Positions 47,756 to 61,559 of a DNA stretch of 64,000 bases are shown in pieces. The translations under genes were made by a program, and so were the position numbers. Below the pieces are notes generated by a model. That model saw only the letters and a program-made list of their open reading frames with translations. It made no database searches and was not told the origin of the DNA. The DNA is from Octopus vulgaris (taxonomy: Eukaryota). Position 1 is the first letter of the stretch. Every line of letters begins with the position of its first letter. The DNA is taken from contig OX597828.1 in the NCBI GenBank assembly GCA_951406725.2, forward strand, positions 36,332,001 through 36,396,000. The letters run 5' to 3'.

Positions 47756-50563
47756 TATTAAGTTTATATTTGAAAAATAAAATAAAGACATAATTTTGAT
47801 GGCAGGTTTTTATTGAGATCATTTTAAAGCAGGAAATTCGTATCATAACTAGCAACAGTCCTAGGCAGGTTGATGCTAAAAGGGATGAGATAAGACTATC
47901 ATGTACTATATTTGACTTGGCCATTTCAAATATTTCAAGTTGCTTCAAAGCCCCATCTTATTTCAATAATTAACTTGGTTTCATTTGGAAATATCCTGAA
48001 ATAGAAAATAATCGCATTGAACTCAGCATTAATCAGTTGTATAAAATATATTATACAAATATATCTATATATATCTATATATCTATATCTATATCTATAT
48101 CTATATATTTTATATATATATATATAAACTATTGATATATCACTTGAAACGAAAGATGAAAATTCTGTTTAAAATCAATAAATAAATCAAATATTTCTCC
48201 CTTCCTATTTCTATCAATTGAATTATAAAACAAACTTACTGAGCTGCAGCTCCAAGTTCTATTCTCTAATGTAATTACAGCACTTTGAATATTTTTGCTG
48301 CCTACCAGCCATAGTAGCACAGGTTGGAAGATCTTCCAGCGTTTTAGCTTATATTAAGAATGTTAGGAGATCAATGATGTGCCAAGACGGATTATCTCAT
48401 CTGGAAATCTTAGCAGTTGAATAATCTCTTGCACATGAACTTAATTATGATTATGTAATTAAAGTCTTTGGTAGTCGTAAAACCAGAAGAGATTTCCTGT
48501 ATTTAATACTACGGATAGAAAAATCTTGCATTTTAGTAACATTTTTATTTGATGATATTCTTCACTCTCATTTACTCACTCACTGGTTTCAGCCATTCCA
48601 CTGTGACCTAGCTGGAGCACTGCCTTGAAGGGTTTAGTCAATAAAATTGACACCAGCCCATATTTTAAACCTGGTCTCTTTTTGCTGAACCACTAAGTCG
48701 TGGAGACACAATGAACCAGCACTAGTTGTCAAGTGGTGAGAGACAAGCATGGAATCATACAAGTATACACAGGCGTATAGATGTGTGTGTGTGTGTATGT
48801 GTGTGTGTGTGTCTGTGTCTGTGTGTGTGTGTGTGTATACATACACACATATAAAGCTGGTTTAGCAGCCTTGTGGTGTTGGGATCGGTCCCACTGCATG
48901 GTTTCTTCTAGTATTATCCCAAGTCCACCAATGCTTTGCGGGTGAATTTGGTAGGCAGAAACTGTGTGGAAGCCCATCATGCATGTGTGTGTGTGTGTGT
49001 TTGTGTTTGTCCTCCACCACTACTTGGCAAGCAATGTTGGTTTGTTTACATCCTTGTAACATAACAGCTTGGCAAAAACTTAAGATAAGTACTGGGGTTG
49101 ATCTGTTTGAAAAAAACCCATTGAAGGTTGTGCTCCAGCATGGCTGCAGTCCAACAACCGAAACAGATAACAACTAAAAGACTTCTTCACTGTTTCCATC
49201 TACCAACTTCATTTACAAGGTGTTGATTGCCCCAGAGCTGAAGTAGAAGACACCACTGTACCTTTCATCCTTTCGGGGTCAGTAACATAGCCCCTCCCTC
49301 CAAACTTTTAGGCCTTGTGTCTGTAGAAGAAAAGAAGAAAAAAAACAAAAACAACTGCAAGCATATAATCCATTATGTAACCAGAGTTTTCTTTGTGGCG
49401 GGAATGAAACGAAGGTGAAAGGCTGAACTTGAACGCCAAAGTTTCCAGTGACTGACTTGAAGCAAGAGCCAGACAACTAATGAGTCTGTTGCTGAAATGG
49501 TGCCAGTAGAGTTGAAGATTGATTTCAAGGAGATGATGAAGAACCAAGATATGGTGTCATACGCAGGGTTAAGAAACAGACTCTTCCAGCCATGTAAACA
49601 TGACAAAATGTATACTGTTGTGGTGGAGCATCTTGTGGAGGCTTGTGGCTTGGTGGTTACGGTACTGGACGCATGATCATAACATTGTGGTTTCAATTCC
49701 TGGATTGGGTGATGTATTATGTTTTTAAGCAAGACACTTCATTTCATGTTACTCCAGTTCACTCTGCTGGCAAAAATGAGTATTTCCTGTGACAGACTGG
49801 TGTTCGATCCAGGGGTATATATACCATGGAAACTAAGAAACCAGCCTTATGAATGTATATAACAGGGAAAACAATCTAACGAGCCAACAAATCTCTTTAC
49901 GAACCTACAATCAATATTCCTTCTGAAATAAACCAACCGACACCCTCCGACTTCATTGCAAACTAACACGAACTTCACTCTATCTCTCACAAGGAGGCAT
50001 CATAACTCTCTTCACAACAACTTCTCTGTACACCTTCCCTCATGATGCCTGTGTAATGGTGGCTAACATCAGGTGGATCCCTATTCAATATCTCTTACCA
50101 TCACCCATTTCTATTGCTGTCCATCACTCATCTTTATTACTACCCTTCTTTCTCTTTCTCTCTCTCTCTCTCATTATTTCTTCCATCACTCTTTGTTGAC
50201 ATCTATCACTTAGCACTTTTCATCACTTCTGTGATAACACACATACACACATTAGTGAGGCGTACTTGCCAAATAAGTGTTTTGATCGTATTGAAACTAA
50301 AATGATTGCAGTGTGGAAGACAACATTGTTAGCCTTTCAGAAACACACAAACACTGTTGACTTTGCTTAAACAGTTATTGTTTGTAATATATATTGTGTC
50401 AAACTTATCATTACTTGAAACAATGACCTGGTCACTGACAACATTGCAAACAGAAAATGTCTAAGTGAAACTGAGAGTCTTTGGGTGTTTCTGAATGGCT
50501 AACATGTGCTTTCAATGCTGAGTACCTTATTTACTGTGGTTAACCCCGACTCAACCCGGGACC

Positions 50564-50625
<62 letters not shown>

Positions 50626-51164
50626 TATGTAAAAGAATATATATATATATATTCTAATCTTCTTCTACCTGTTTCTGTCATTTTGCCTGCAGCCATGCTG
50701 GAGCACTGCCTTTACTCGAACAATTCAACACCAAGAATTATTCTTTGTAGGCCTAGTACATATTTATTTCTATAATGTTTTCTTGTTGGTAAACATTGCT
50801 GTGATCTGCTGATCTTTTTTGTAGACACTAATAGCATGACACACAGGTTAGAAATATGGTCAGTGGAATTTACTTATTGAATGAACAACCAATTGATACC
50901 ATCCTATTATTTCCTCGGTGACTGTCATGACCGAGATTGATGATGGAAGCTTGCTGCTCCCTTTGTAGATCTTGTAACAGGGTTTGCCTCCTCCCCAACC
51001 ACCTGCTTGTTTAGATCCCTATCTTTGTTTACTCATCTCTCTTTCAAACTCCCTCTCTCTCACTTTCTTTCTCCCTTTCTCTCTTACTCTCTCTCTTTCT
51101 CTTTGTCTCATTCCCTCTCCCTCTCTATGTCTCTTTCTCGACTCCCTTAGCTCTGTTATGCGCT

Positions 51165-51632
51165 GATGTGTGTATGCTTGTGTGTACATGTATGTGCATG
51201 TGTGTGCACATGTACACGTGTGTGTGTGCATGTGTGTGTGTGCATGTATGTGTGCACATGTGTGCCCATGTGTGTGTGTGTATGCTTGTGTGTGTCCGTG
51301 TGCACATGTACATGTATGTGTGTGAGTGTGTGCATATGTGTGTGTGCGTGTGTACATGTATGTGCATGTGTATGTATGTGTGTGCACATGTACACGTGTG
51401 TGTGTGTGCATGTGTATCTGTGTGTGTGTGCACAAGTGTGTATATGTTTGTGTGTGTCTGTGTGCACATGTACATGTGTGTGTGTGCATGAGTGTGTGCA
51501 CGTCTGCATATGTACGCATATGTGTGTATGTGTGTGTGTTTGTGTGCATGCATGTGCACATGTACGCATGTATGTATGTGTGTGCATATGTATATGTGTG
51601 CATGTGCATGTGTGTGTATATATATGTGTGTG
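51165..51632. repeat. Complex TG/TGCA/TGTA microsatellite
   Basis: Direct inspection; almost continuous purine-pyrimidine alternation. Confidence 0.95.
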
Positions 51633-52483
51633 TTAGGGTATTTGGCTTGAGTTTGTAAGATCGTGAGGTCAATACCTGTCAAGGCATTGTGTCCTTGAGC
51701 AAGACACTTCATTTCCTGCTACTCCAGTCCACTCAACTGACAAAAGTATGTTGTACCAGTAATTCAAGGGGCCAGCCTTGTCACATTCTGTGCATGTGTG
51801 TGTGTGTGTGTGTGTGTGTATTTTATCATCTCCAAAAGGATGGAAGACAAAGGATGGAATAAGTACTAGGCTTACAAAGAGTAAGTCCTGGGGTTGATTT
51901 GTTCGACCAAACGCAGTGCTCCAGCATGGCCACAGTTAAATGACTGAAACAAATAAACGAAAAATAAGAGAATATACACATGATTGACCTCTCTCAGTTT
52001 CAAACTATGAAAACCACTCACAAGGCTTTCGTTGTCTCAGGGCTGTAGCAGAAGACACCTGCCTAAGGTTCCAAGTAGTGGAACTGAACTCAGAACCATG
52101 GGATTGAGAAGCAAACTACACAACCCCAGAGCCACAGAGCCACAGAGCCACACCTGCCTCTTTGAAGCTTCCTTTTTGGTTTAGACTATTTTTGATTTTT
52201 GTTAACTAAAAATAGATATTCTTTGATATTTGTAAATAAATTAGTATTATTCGTTAGTAATCTGATAATATAGTTATTTTAATATGAGGCACAATCTCTT
52301 CTGATGTGTTTTTTTTTAATGTACAAAAACTAATAAAGAAATAATGAAAGATTTCAAAATCCTTTGCCCATCTGAATGGATTAGAATTGGTAAAAGAATA
52401 AAAAAGCAGCCAATGATTCTGTAACTGCAGAAGAAAAAGAAACAGGAAGGGAAAAAGATAAGGAACTGAACAAAAGTTATCCC

Positions 52484-52950
52484 CACCACCACCACCACCA
52501 CCACCACTATCACTACCCCCATCATTCCCATTGCCACTGCCACCTTCACCACTACCACTGCCACCACCGACCACCACCACCACCACCACCACTACGACCA
52601 CCACTATCACTACCCCCATCACCCCCATTGCCACCGCTACCTTCACCACTACCGTCACCACCACCACTGCCACCACCACCACCACTACGACCACCACTAC
52701 GACCACCACTATCACTACCCCCATCACCCCCATTGCCACCGCTACCTTCACCACTACCGTCACCACCACCACTGCCACCACCACCACCACTACGACCACC
52801 ACTATCACTACCACCATCACTCCCATCGCCACTGCCACCTTCACCACTACTGTCACCACCACCACCACCGTCATCACTGCCATCACCAACATGACTGCAA
52901 TCACCACCACCACTATCACTACCACCACCACTACTACCACCTCTACCACC
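52484..52950. repeat. (ACC)-based repeat with about four longer units
   Basis: CCACTATCACTACCCCCATC...ACCTTCACCACTAC block recurs four times. Confidence 0.9.
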
Positions 52951-53097
52951 AGTGAAGCATATTTTCTGGCACTTCTCTCCAATGTTTCTTCCTCAAAAAC
53001 AAAGCAGCTTAGGAAAGAAAGAATCGTAATCAAGGTAGAAGGCAACTTTCAGCAATTCACTGATCCAACAACTATTGGCAAAATCCAATCTTACAGG

Positions 53098-53099
53098 GC

Positions 53100-53160
<61 letters not shown>

Positions 53161-53190
53161 GCAACAGCAGCAGCAGCAGCAGCAGCAACA
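53098..53190. repeat. (CAA)n(CAG)n microsatellite
   Basis: Direct inspection. Confidence 0.95.
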
Positions 53191-53324
53191 GAATGACAAA
53201 ATGAGTGAATAAGACAGCCACCTATGTGATTGCTTGATCTACTAGAAACAGCAATCAAATTGGCCTTAAATCACACTCTACCATCTTAAATGTAAAAGGT
53301 ATATAGATATATAGTATAAAATAA

Positions 53325-53327
53325 GAT

Positions 53328-53410
<83 letters not shown>

Positions 53411-53564
53411 CAGACAGACAGAGAGTGAGAGAGAGATAGACAGAGCGATAAATAGATAGGTTGGTAAATATACAGAGGAGAGGGGGAGAAAGAAAGAAAG
53501 AAAGAAAGAAAGGGAGAGAGAGTGGGAGGGTGGGAGAAAGAAAGAGAGAGAGAGGGAAGGGAGG

Positions 53565-53614
<50 letters not shown>

Positions 53615-53781
53615 ATGACAAACAGACAGATAGATAGGTAGAGAGAGAGACAGAGAGAGAGAGAGTGATTGAGAGTGAGAGAGAGATAGACACAGATATA
53701 AAAAGAAAGATAGAGAGGTAGGTAGGTAGATATACAGATAAAGAGAGGGAAAGAAAGAGAGAGACAGGCAGAGAGACAGAC

Positions 53782-53835
<54 letters not shown>

Positions 53836-54028
53836 TGTTTGAAAGATAGATGATAGATAGATAGATGCATATATACATGCATATATAAATACATACATAC
53901 AAACATACATACATACATACATACATACATACATACATACATACACACAGACAGACAGACAGACAGATAGATAGACAGACAGACAGACAGACAAATAGGT
54001 AGCTAGATAGATAGACAGAAAGACAGAC

Positions 54029-54075
<47 letters not shown>

Positions 54076-54086
54076 GACAGACAGAC

Positions 54087-54119
<33 letters not shown>

Positions 54120-54178
54120 AATAGGTAGCTAGATAGACAGACAGACAGATAGATAGATAGATAGACAGAAAGACAGAC

Positions 54179-54273
<95 letters not shown>

Positions 54274-54274
54274 A

Positions 54275-54341
<67 letters not shown>

Positions 54342-54375
54342 TAGATAGACAGATAGATAGACAGACAGATAGATA
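53325..54375. repeat. Compound GATA/GACA/GA/GAAA/CATA microsatellite, about 1 kb
   Basis: Direct inspection. Confidence 0.95.
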
Positions 54376-54807
54376 TAGGCAGGAAGAATAAAGATTTGTT
54401 TGTTATGACAGCCATAGCTTTGCTCATAGTTCTGTTTGTTCAGGGTTAATCTGGTGCTAAACAATAACAACAATAACGACAAGAACATCCTATTCCCCCC
54501 CCCCCCCCGATATTATCAAAGGATATCTAGATTCCCTGCTGTCTAATGTCTCTGATTAATCACCTGGAAAACAAACTACCAGGACAGAAAAATATTGTCC
54601 ACCACTCTCAATGACACAGCAAACATAACTACACTGATCTTTATGAACAAAGACCTGAGAAGCATCCTCCAATGGGACTCGGCCAATCTTGTTTCTTTCA
54701 CCAACAAAAGAACACAAACACTTATATCAATAAAACACCATAACATTACATTCTTCCTCTTAAACACAAGCATCCCTCAACAAATGTCTTCCTACTTACG
54801 TATTTAA

Positions 54808-55473
54808 CCCTGTAGCATTCATAATATTTTGTCGAATGTAATACTTATTTTGTTACATTGTTTTGAATTAATCATGCATTAATCTTGTAGCTTTGAAGGC
54901 GGCAAAATGGCTGAATCAGTAGTACACAAGATAAAATGCTTAGCGGCATTTAATTCGTCCTTATGTTCTGAGTTCAAATTCTGCCGAGGTCGGCTTTGCC
55001 TTTCATCCTTTCAGGGTCAATAAACTAAGTACCAGTGAAACACTGGGGTTGATGGAATTGATTGGCCCCCTCCACCAAAATTTCAGGCCTTGTGCCTATA
55101 GCAGAAAGGATTATTATTAGTATTATTATGGTGGTGAGCTTACAGACTCATTAGCATGTTGGACAAAATGCTTAGCGACATTTCATCTGTCTTTACGTTC
55201 TGAGTTCAAATCCTGCCAAGTTTGACTTTGCATTTCATCATTTCAGGATCGATAACTTAAATACCAGTGACACACTGGAGTCGATCTAATCAACTAGTCC
55301 CCTGCCCCCCAAAATTCCGAGCCTTGTGCCTTTAGTAGAAAAGATTATCTTGTAGCTTTGAGATTTTGATGAGGTAACTTTTAATTTTTAGATACTATTG
55401 CAGGATTGGTCAGTTTGACCATAAAACAGGTAGAATATTTTGGCCGAATATGGCCAATTAAAATACTAAAGGC
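54808..55473. mobile_element. piggyBac-type MITE (same family as 3432-3650) split by SINEs
   Basis: TTAA|CCCTGTAGCATT ... AATACTAAAGGC|TTAA; internal GAATTAATCATGCATTA and GGTCAGTTTGA shared with the first copy. Confidence 0.8.
54897..55346 (+). mobile_element. Head-to-tail dimer of family B Meta-SINEs
   Basis: Two Meta domains; ATCTTGTAGCTTTGA at 54882-54896 and 55347-55361. Confidence 0.85.
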
Positions 55474-55474
55474 T

Positions 55475-55860
55475 TAAGCTCACTGCTCCCTATGGAGCAG
55501 AGGCTATTGATGTTTGTCTTCCACTGCTCTTGACTCTGAGTTGTCTTTTTTCTGCTTCCATCCTGTTGGATCCGTTTTTTTTAATTTTTTATTTCTACCT
55601 CAGTATCCCACCATCAGCTATTTTTTTAAGGGCATCTTCTTTTCTGCCTCCTTTGTGGATCCCAGGTCAGGGCCTGCTATATAATGTAGAATGGCTTGCA
55701 GATTTTGCTCCACTGCATCATATGTTTCCCGAAGGGAAAGATTTCCTCTCCCAAGTCTTGGTTTTGAATTGACTTCAGTGCTTCTGTAACCTTGCTGTTT
55801 TTCTTGGTTGGGATGTTGGCACTGTGCAGATCATTTTTTACAATTGGGAAGTGGTGATCC
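55475..55860 (-). mobile_element. RTE-derived fragment: 5' UTR-like piece joined to ORF end
   Basis: QALTWDPQRRQKR...EQWKTNINSLCSIGS resembles SR2/Perere-3-type RQALTWNPQGKRK...WR..V.GLCS; 55700-55860 matches 23640-23790. Confidence 0.55.
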
Positions 55861-56099
55861 AGAGATTATGTGAACATTGTTCAAAAATAATTGTTTTCAA
55901 ACAATTATTTAAAAAACATTTATTCGAATGAAAAATTGTATGAATGAAAATTATTCAAAAGGACAATCATACGAAATGTTAACAATTCTAAATATTTTAT
56001 TTTATTTAAACAAAAATGATAAAATTAAAAATCAAGTACACAAATGATATTTATTTAATAAACATTTATCTATATTTGTACTGATTGAAAAAAAAAATA

Positions 56100-56590
56100 C
56101 TTATAGAATTGTTATGTGCTACACCACATAAATACTCAACTACTGAAGAGTACTCATTAAAGGATGCCACTAATTTCTTGAGTCTTTAATTTGTGTCTCG
56201 GTATTTTTTGGCGCTCTTGATATTTTGGCAACCTGATCTTATGTTTGCAATATTAATTTCTTGCAAGTCCTGTCTCTTTTAATAGCATCTATGAATTTCC
56301 ATATTGTAGGATGATGGGATAACACTTGCTGTAAAAAAGCTCTAAGCCATCCTTCAAAGGCATTGTTAGTTCTTGGTAAACCAGTATTGACTCTTTCAAA
56401 ACAAAACCACAAAGATATCTCGAATGTAGGGCTTCGTCTGTGACATCTTGAAGGACGACCAATCCACACATCTTCAAAATAATCCAGAATAGAAGTATAT
56501 ATATATTGGAATCTAATAAAGTCTCAAATGATTCAACAACTTTATCTACAGTAAAAAAAAGGCTAGGGCTAACAACATTTGTATGCTTCC
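56100..56590 (-). pseudogene. MULE (Mutator-like) transposase C-terminal remnant
   Basis: MLLALAF..VVESFETL..ILDYFEDVWIGR..RRSPTFEISLW..LPRTNNAFEGW..HPTIWKFIDAIK..EYLCGVAHN. Confidence 0.85.
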
Positions 56591-56642
56591 TGAAACTCGC
56601 CAGTACTTAAAGTCCCCTCACCCACGTTTTTTATATATATAT

Positions 56643-56866
56643 ATATTTCTTTATTACCCACAAGGGGCTAAACACAGAGGGGACAAACAAGGACAGACAA
56701 ACGGATTAAGTCGATTATATCGACCACAGTGCGTAACTGGTACTTATTTAATCGACCCTGAAAGGATGAAAGGCAAAGTCGACCTCGGCGGAATTTGAAC
56801 TCAGAACGTAGCGGCAGACGAAATACGGCTACGCATTTCGTCTGGCTTGCTAACGCTTCTGCCAGT
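56643..56866 (-). mobile_element. Family B Meta-SINE, young copy
   Basis: Near identical to 24053-24278 and 41332-41562. Confidence 0.9.
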
Positions 56867-57759
56867 TTATTCCCTGTTCGCTTCCTGTGCATATTCTGTG
56901 TACTCTTCATGCGGTTTGGGTTACTTTTCCCTGACGAGCTTCGGTGCATCTGAAGCGATGTATACACTAAGTTCGTTATATTATAAAAGGTTTTATTTTC
57001 ACAAAAACTTCCAATATAATCGGAATCTATATCATCTGAAAGGTATTTATAGAAAATTTTATTATAAAATATCTATTTTTCTGGAAATTACGAGGAAATA
57101 AGTCGGAGGCCAGACATACAAGACCCAACATACTTGTGTATTGTCTTGAATGCTTGACTCTAATTGTCACGATTTAAAGCTAACTAAACGGTTTTTCTAA
57201 AAATTTTTTAAATGTATAGGTATGCTCCAACATGGGCTTAATGGGCCATAGCTGAAAAACAAACAAACTAAAGAAAAACTGATTTGTAATATCTCAAGGT
57301 TGAGCCTATGTTCCACCACGGTCTTAAACGCATCACAGTCTAAAACAAACTCAATGACTCTTAAGAGTTTACGAAGTGTAAGGGAGATAACTGATATTAA
57401 ACTATATTGAGAATACGATGATTGAGCGACTCAAATTTATTCAACGAAGCTTTCATTCTTTAAGTGGAGATTTTAGAGTTATTGGACTGTGGCCAGACTG
57501 GAGCACCGCCTTCTAGGATTTAGTCAATTTATATCTTATATCAAATCTGATATATATTTTATTGACTGGTCGTTTATTTCATCGATCTTGGAAAGATTAA
57601 CAGCGAAGAAGGCTTGGGGAGATTTCAATTCTTGAATCTCAAGAAATGTCACTCCGTCTGTCCGGTGATCCACCGAGTCTTCCGACCACCTATTATATTA
57701 TTCTCCCACCCCCAACCCCATTTTCCATGATAATTCCCCTTTTTTCCTTAATGTATTTT

Positions 57760-57891
57760 TCTTCTTCTTCTTCTTCTTCTTCTTCTTCTTCTTCTTCTTC
57801 TTCTTCTTCCTCCTCCTCCTTCTCCTCCTTCTTCTTCTTCTTCTTCTTCTTCTTCTTCTTCTTCTTCTTCTTCTTCTTCTTCTTCTTCTTC
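57760..57891. repeat. (TTC)n microsatellite
   Basis: Direct inspection. Confidence 0.95.
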
Positions 57892-58063
57892 AGTCGCTGG
57901 GCGTCTAAATATGTTGACCTGGTATTGTTTAGCCTCGATTAAGCAAACACCTATGACCAAAGGCATTCTGACCACGACTGCACTGCGTTTTCTAAGGTTA
58001 TCTAGGACTACGTTGTCTAATGTGATCTTTATTCTTAAAAAAAAAAGAAAAAGAAAAAAACAG

Positions 58064-58842
58064 TAGGCGCAGGTGACGGGGACGTAAACACACCAGCATC
58101 GGTTGTCAAGCAATGCTAGGGGGACAAACACAGGCACACAAACACACACACAACCGATGCTGGTGTGTTTACGTCCCCGTCACTTAGCGGTTCGCCATAA
58201 GAGACCGATAGAATAAGTACTGGGCTTACAAAGAATAAGTCCCAGGGTCGATTTGCTCGACTAAAGGCGGTGCTCCAGCATGGCCGCAGTCAAATGACTG
58301 AAACAAGTAAAAGAGATATATATATATACATATATACGACAGGCTTCTTTCAGTTTCCGTTTACCAAATCCACTCACAAGGCATTGGTCGGCCCGGGGCT
58401 ATCGCAGAAGACACTTGCCCAAGATGCCACTCAGTGGGACTGAACCCGGAACCATGTGGTTGGCATGGCTGTGTGATAATAAAGTTGCTTGCCAGGCACA
58501 TGGTTCCACGTTCGTAGCACTGCATGACACTTTGAGCTGACCAAAACCAAGTGAGTGGATTTGGCAGACGGAAACCAAAAGAATCATGACGTGTGTGTGT
58601 GCGAGTGTGTCCTACTATTTCCTTGCTTTGACACCACGTGATAGTTGTAAACGAGTGTCATTGTTATTTCCAGTCTTCCATGAAAACATGTCTGGTCGTA
58701 GGGGAAAATAGTGCCTTGCTTGGAAACAGAAGATTGGTGACAGGAAGGGCATCCAGCCGTAGAAAATCTGCCTCATCAAAATCCTGTCCAACCCATGGAA
58801 AAGTGGATGCTAAAATGTTGATGATGATGATGATGATGATGA
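58064..58842. mobile_element. Family A2 SINE (+) interrupted near its start by rearranged young family A segments
   Basis: GGCGCAGG| inverted A pieces |CATGGCTGTGTG...GGAAGGGCATCCAGCCGTAGAAA...(GAT)n. Confidence 0.7.
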
Positions 58843-58949
58843 GTAGAATATAACTTGAAGGAGATTTGGTTTCTATTTCTACCATTTTAAGGAACTACTA
58901 AGAGGCTCATTCAATTGTCAGAAAAGGCAGTGGAGCAGATGATAGCTGT

Positions 58950-60090
58950 TTAACCCCGGCTTAACACTGATTAAACAAAGAGACCTATAATCAAAAAGGG
59001 TTCCAGTCATGACCACCTCTCATCATTTTCTTATGTGTGGAAAAACCCTAGCCAACATTATCCAATATGCACTCGTCTTTTTATTATGGTAAAGCGTGAT
59101 TTGATGGAGACTTGGCTGCTCTTTCTAGCAGGCCGAGGAAGCATATGGCAAGCTCCTTAATTGTTGAGTAAAGCAGTTGGGTGGGTAGTACTTCAGTAGG
59201 TAAGTGGATATGTGTGTGTGAGTGTGTGTGTATGTGTGTGTGTGTGAGTGTATGTGTGTGTGCATGCATTTGTGACATGTATGTGTATATGTGTGCTTGT
59301 ATGTGTGTGTGAGTGTGTATGTTTGTGGGATGTGTGTGTGTATGTATATGTGTTTGTGTGTGTCTGTGCATACGTTTATGTGTGCGTGTGAGTGTGTTTT
59401 TTACCACTTCAAGCCTGCCAATTATAAACCCCAGAGTTTAAAGTTCACCATTTTGATTGACACAGGGAGTGGCAACTGAGTGACCCCTGCAAAGTGGCAT
59501 ACATGTCATTTGGCGCTAATATGGCGCCAATTGCAGTTATAATGCAAGAAAGTGCAGCCACGTGGGTGCCAAGCTTAGTTGCAACAATCCACCCCACCAT
59601 TTGTTTGTGGTGGTGGTGGGGGTAGTGGTGGTAGCAGTGCCAATGTTGTTGCTGTTGTTCTTGTTGTTGCTTAACACCAGGTCATCCTTGGACAAGCTGA
59701 CCTATCATCAAAGGAACCAAAGGCTATGACCTTCATTTTTGCTATTCAGACACTGTGCATCTAGGACTACATTATCAAATGTGTCCTCCTTGCATTTAAG
59801 GGAACTGGGTGTGATTTGAGAGAGATATTGTTACGTTTTCTAGCAAGCTGAATGACAAAATTCAAGGCTTCTTTCATGAGATTTCAAGTGCTTCTGCTGA
59901 AGTTGTTTTTTGGACCTAGATCAACCTTGATTAAGCAAACCTTTAATCAAAAGTAGTCCAGCCATGACCATCTTGAATGTTTAGATGTATCTCAAAGTAA
60001 ATTATTTAATGTTCTTTCTTTATTTAAGATGACACAAATTTGAGGGAAATTTGGGGAGTTCTGTTTTTCCTTAACAGGTTGAGTGACAGG
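58950..60090 (-). repeat. Three diverged copies of an old repeat of about 200 bp (family F; (AAC)n-tailed retroposon end)
   Basis: Recurring GACCTAT.ATCAAAG..TTCCAGCCATGACC...ACATTATCCAATG...GTGATTTGA.GGAGAT.TGGCTGCTATTTCTAGCA; also near 11030, 17830, 29762, 57930 and 62380. Confidence 0.55.
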
Positions 60091-60856
60091 AACCAAATTG
60101 TACAAACAATAGCAGCACAATATATCCTTGAGCAAGTTATTTTATTTTATGTTGCTCTCTTCCACTCTGCTCACAAAAATATAATGCATGAATGTACACA
60201 AAGACAATTAAAACTCAATTATCGATACCAACCATTATTCTTTTATTTGTTTCAGTTATTTGACTCAAGCCATGCTGGAGCACCACCTTTAGTCAAACAA
60301 ACTGACCCCAGGAATTATTCTTTGTAAGTCTAGTACGTATTCTATCAGTCTCTTTTGCCAAACCACTAAGTTAAGGAGGACATAAACACATCAACATTGG
60401 TTGTCAAGCGATGGTGCGGGAACATACTTACATATATGTACACATACACACACACACACACACACCACCACACACACACACACACACACATGAATGTACA
60501 CACACACAAATACGCTTGAGAAGAAGACCCATCAAGCCAAGTAAAATCGCAGTCATTGCAGATACTGGTGTCACACAAATGGCACCTGTGCCAGTGGTAC
60601 ATAAAAGCACCCATTACACTCTCAGAGTGGTTGGTGTTAAGAAAGGGCATCCACTGTAGAAACCATGCCAAATCAGACTGGAGTCTGGTGTAGGTTTACA
60701 AAGAATAAGTCCTGAGGTCGATTTGTTTGACTGAAGGTGGTGCTCCAGCATGCCCACAGTCAAATGACTGAAACAAATAAAAGAATAAAAGAAATGTACT
60801 CACACACACATGTATACATATATATATATGTGTATATGTATATATGTGTATATGAA

Positions 60857-61558
60857 TCATCATCATCATCATCATCATCGTTTAACGTCTGCTTTCCATG
60901 CTGGCATGGGTTGGACGATTTGACTAAGGACTGGCGAACCAGATGGCTGCACCAGGCTCCAATCTGATCTGGTAGAGTTTCTACAGCTGAATGCCCTTCT
61001 TAATGCCAGCCACTCTGGCAGTACTGGCAACAGCCACAGTCAATGGTGTTTTTTATGTGCCACCTGCACAAGAGCCAGTCCAGCAGCACTGGTAATGACC
61101 TCGCTCAAATATTCTTTCACGTGCAATTGGCACAAGTGCCAGTAAGGTGATGCTGGTAATGATCACGCTTGAATGGTGCTTTTTACATGCCACTGGTATG
61201 GAAGCCAGACAGTTGCTCTGGCAACAATCACGCTCAAATGGTGCTCTTAGCACTCCACTAGCACAGATGCTAGTCATTGAATTTGATTTCGATTTCACTT
61301 GCCTCAACAAGTCTTCACAAGCAGAGTTTAGTGTCCAATGAAGGAAAGGTAATCATAAGTGGGCTGGTTACACCCCTGGCATAGGCCACGGGTTATGGTC
61401 TCATTTGGCTTGCCAGGTCTTCTCAAACACAGCATATTTCCAAAGGTCTCGGTCACTAGTCATTGCCTTGGTGAGGCCTAATGGTCAAAGATCATGCTTC
61501 ACCACCTCAATCCAGGTCTTCCTGGGTCTACCTCTTCCACAGGTATCCTCAACCGCTG
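60857..61558 (-). mobile_element. 5'-truncated RTE LINE (ORF end plus repeat-bearing 3' UTR)
   Basis: EDTCGRGRPRKTWIEVVKHDL*PLGLTKAMTSDRDLWKYAVFEK, tandem UTR units, (GAT)n tail. Confidence 0.85.
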
Positions 61559-61559
61559 G

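Noticed and set aside
49360-49640. Possible host exon
   Set aside because: Short open frames on both strands, but no recognisable domain or splice signals.
52531-53196. 221-aa Thr-rich mucin-like ORF, and a possible polyQ exon after CTTACAG at about 53095
   Set aside because: Openness is explained by stop-free (ACC)n and (CAA)n repeats; there is no signal peptide or convincing splice pair.
53255-54427. 390-aa ORF and overlapping ORFs
   Set aside because: Translation of GATA/GACA microsatellites.
56930-56962. Hammerhead-like CTGACGA-GCTTC...GAAGC
   Set aside because: Followed by GATG rather than GAAA, with no stem I pairing.
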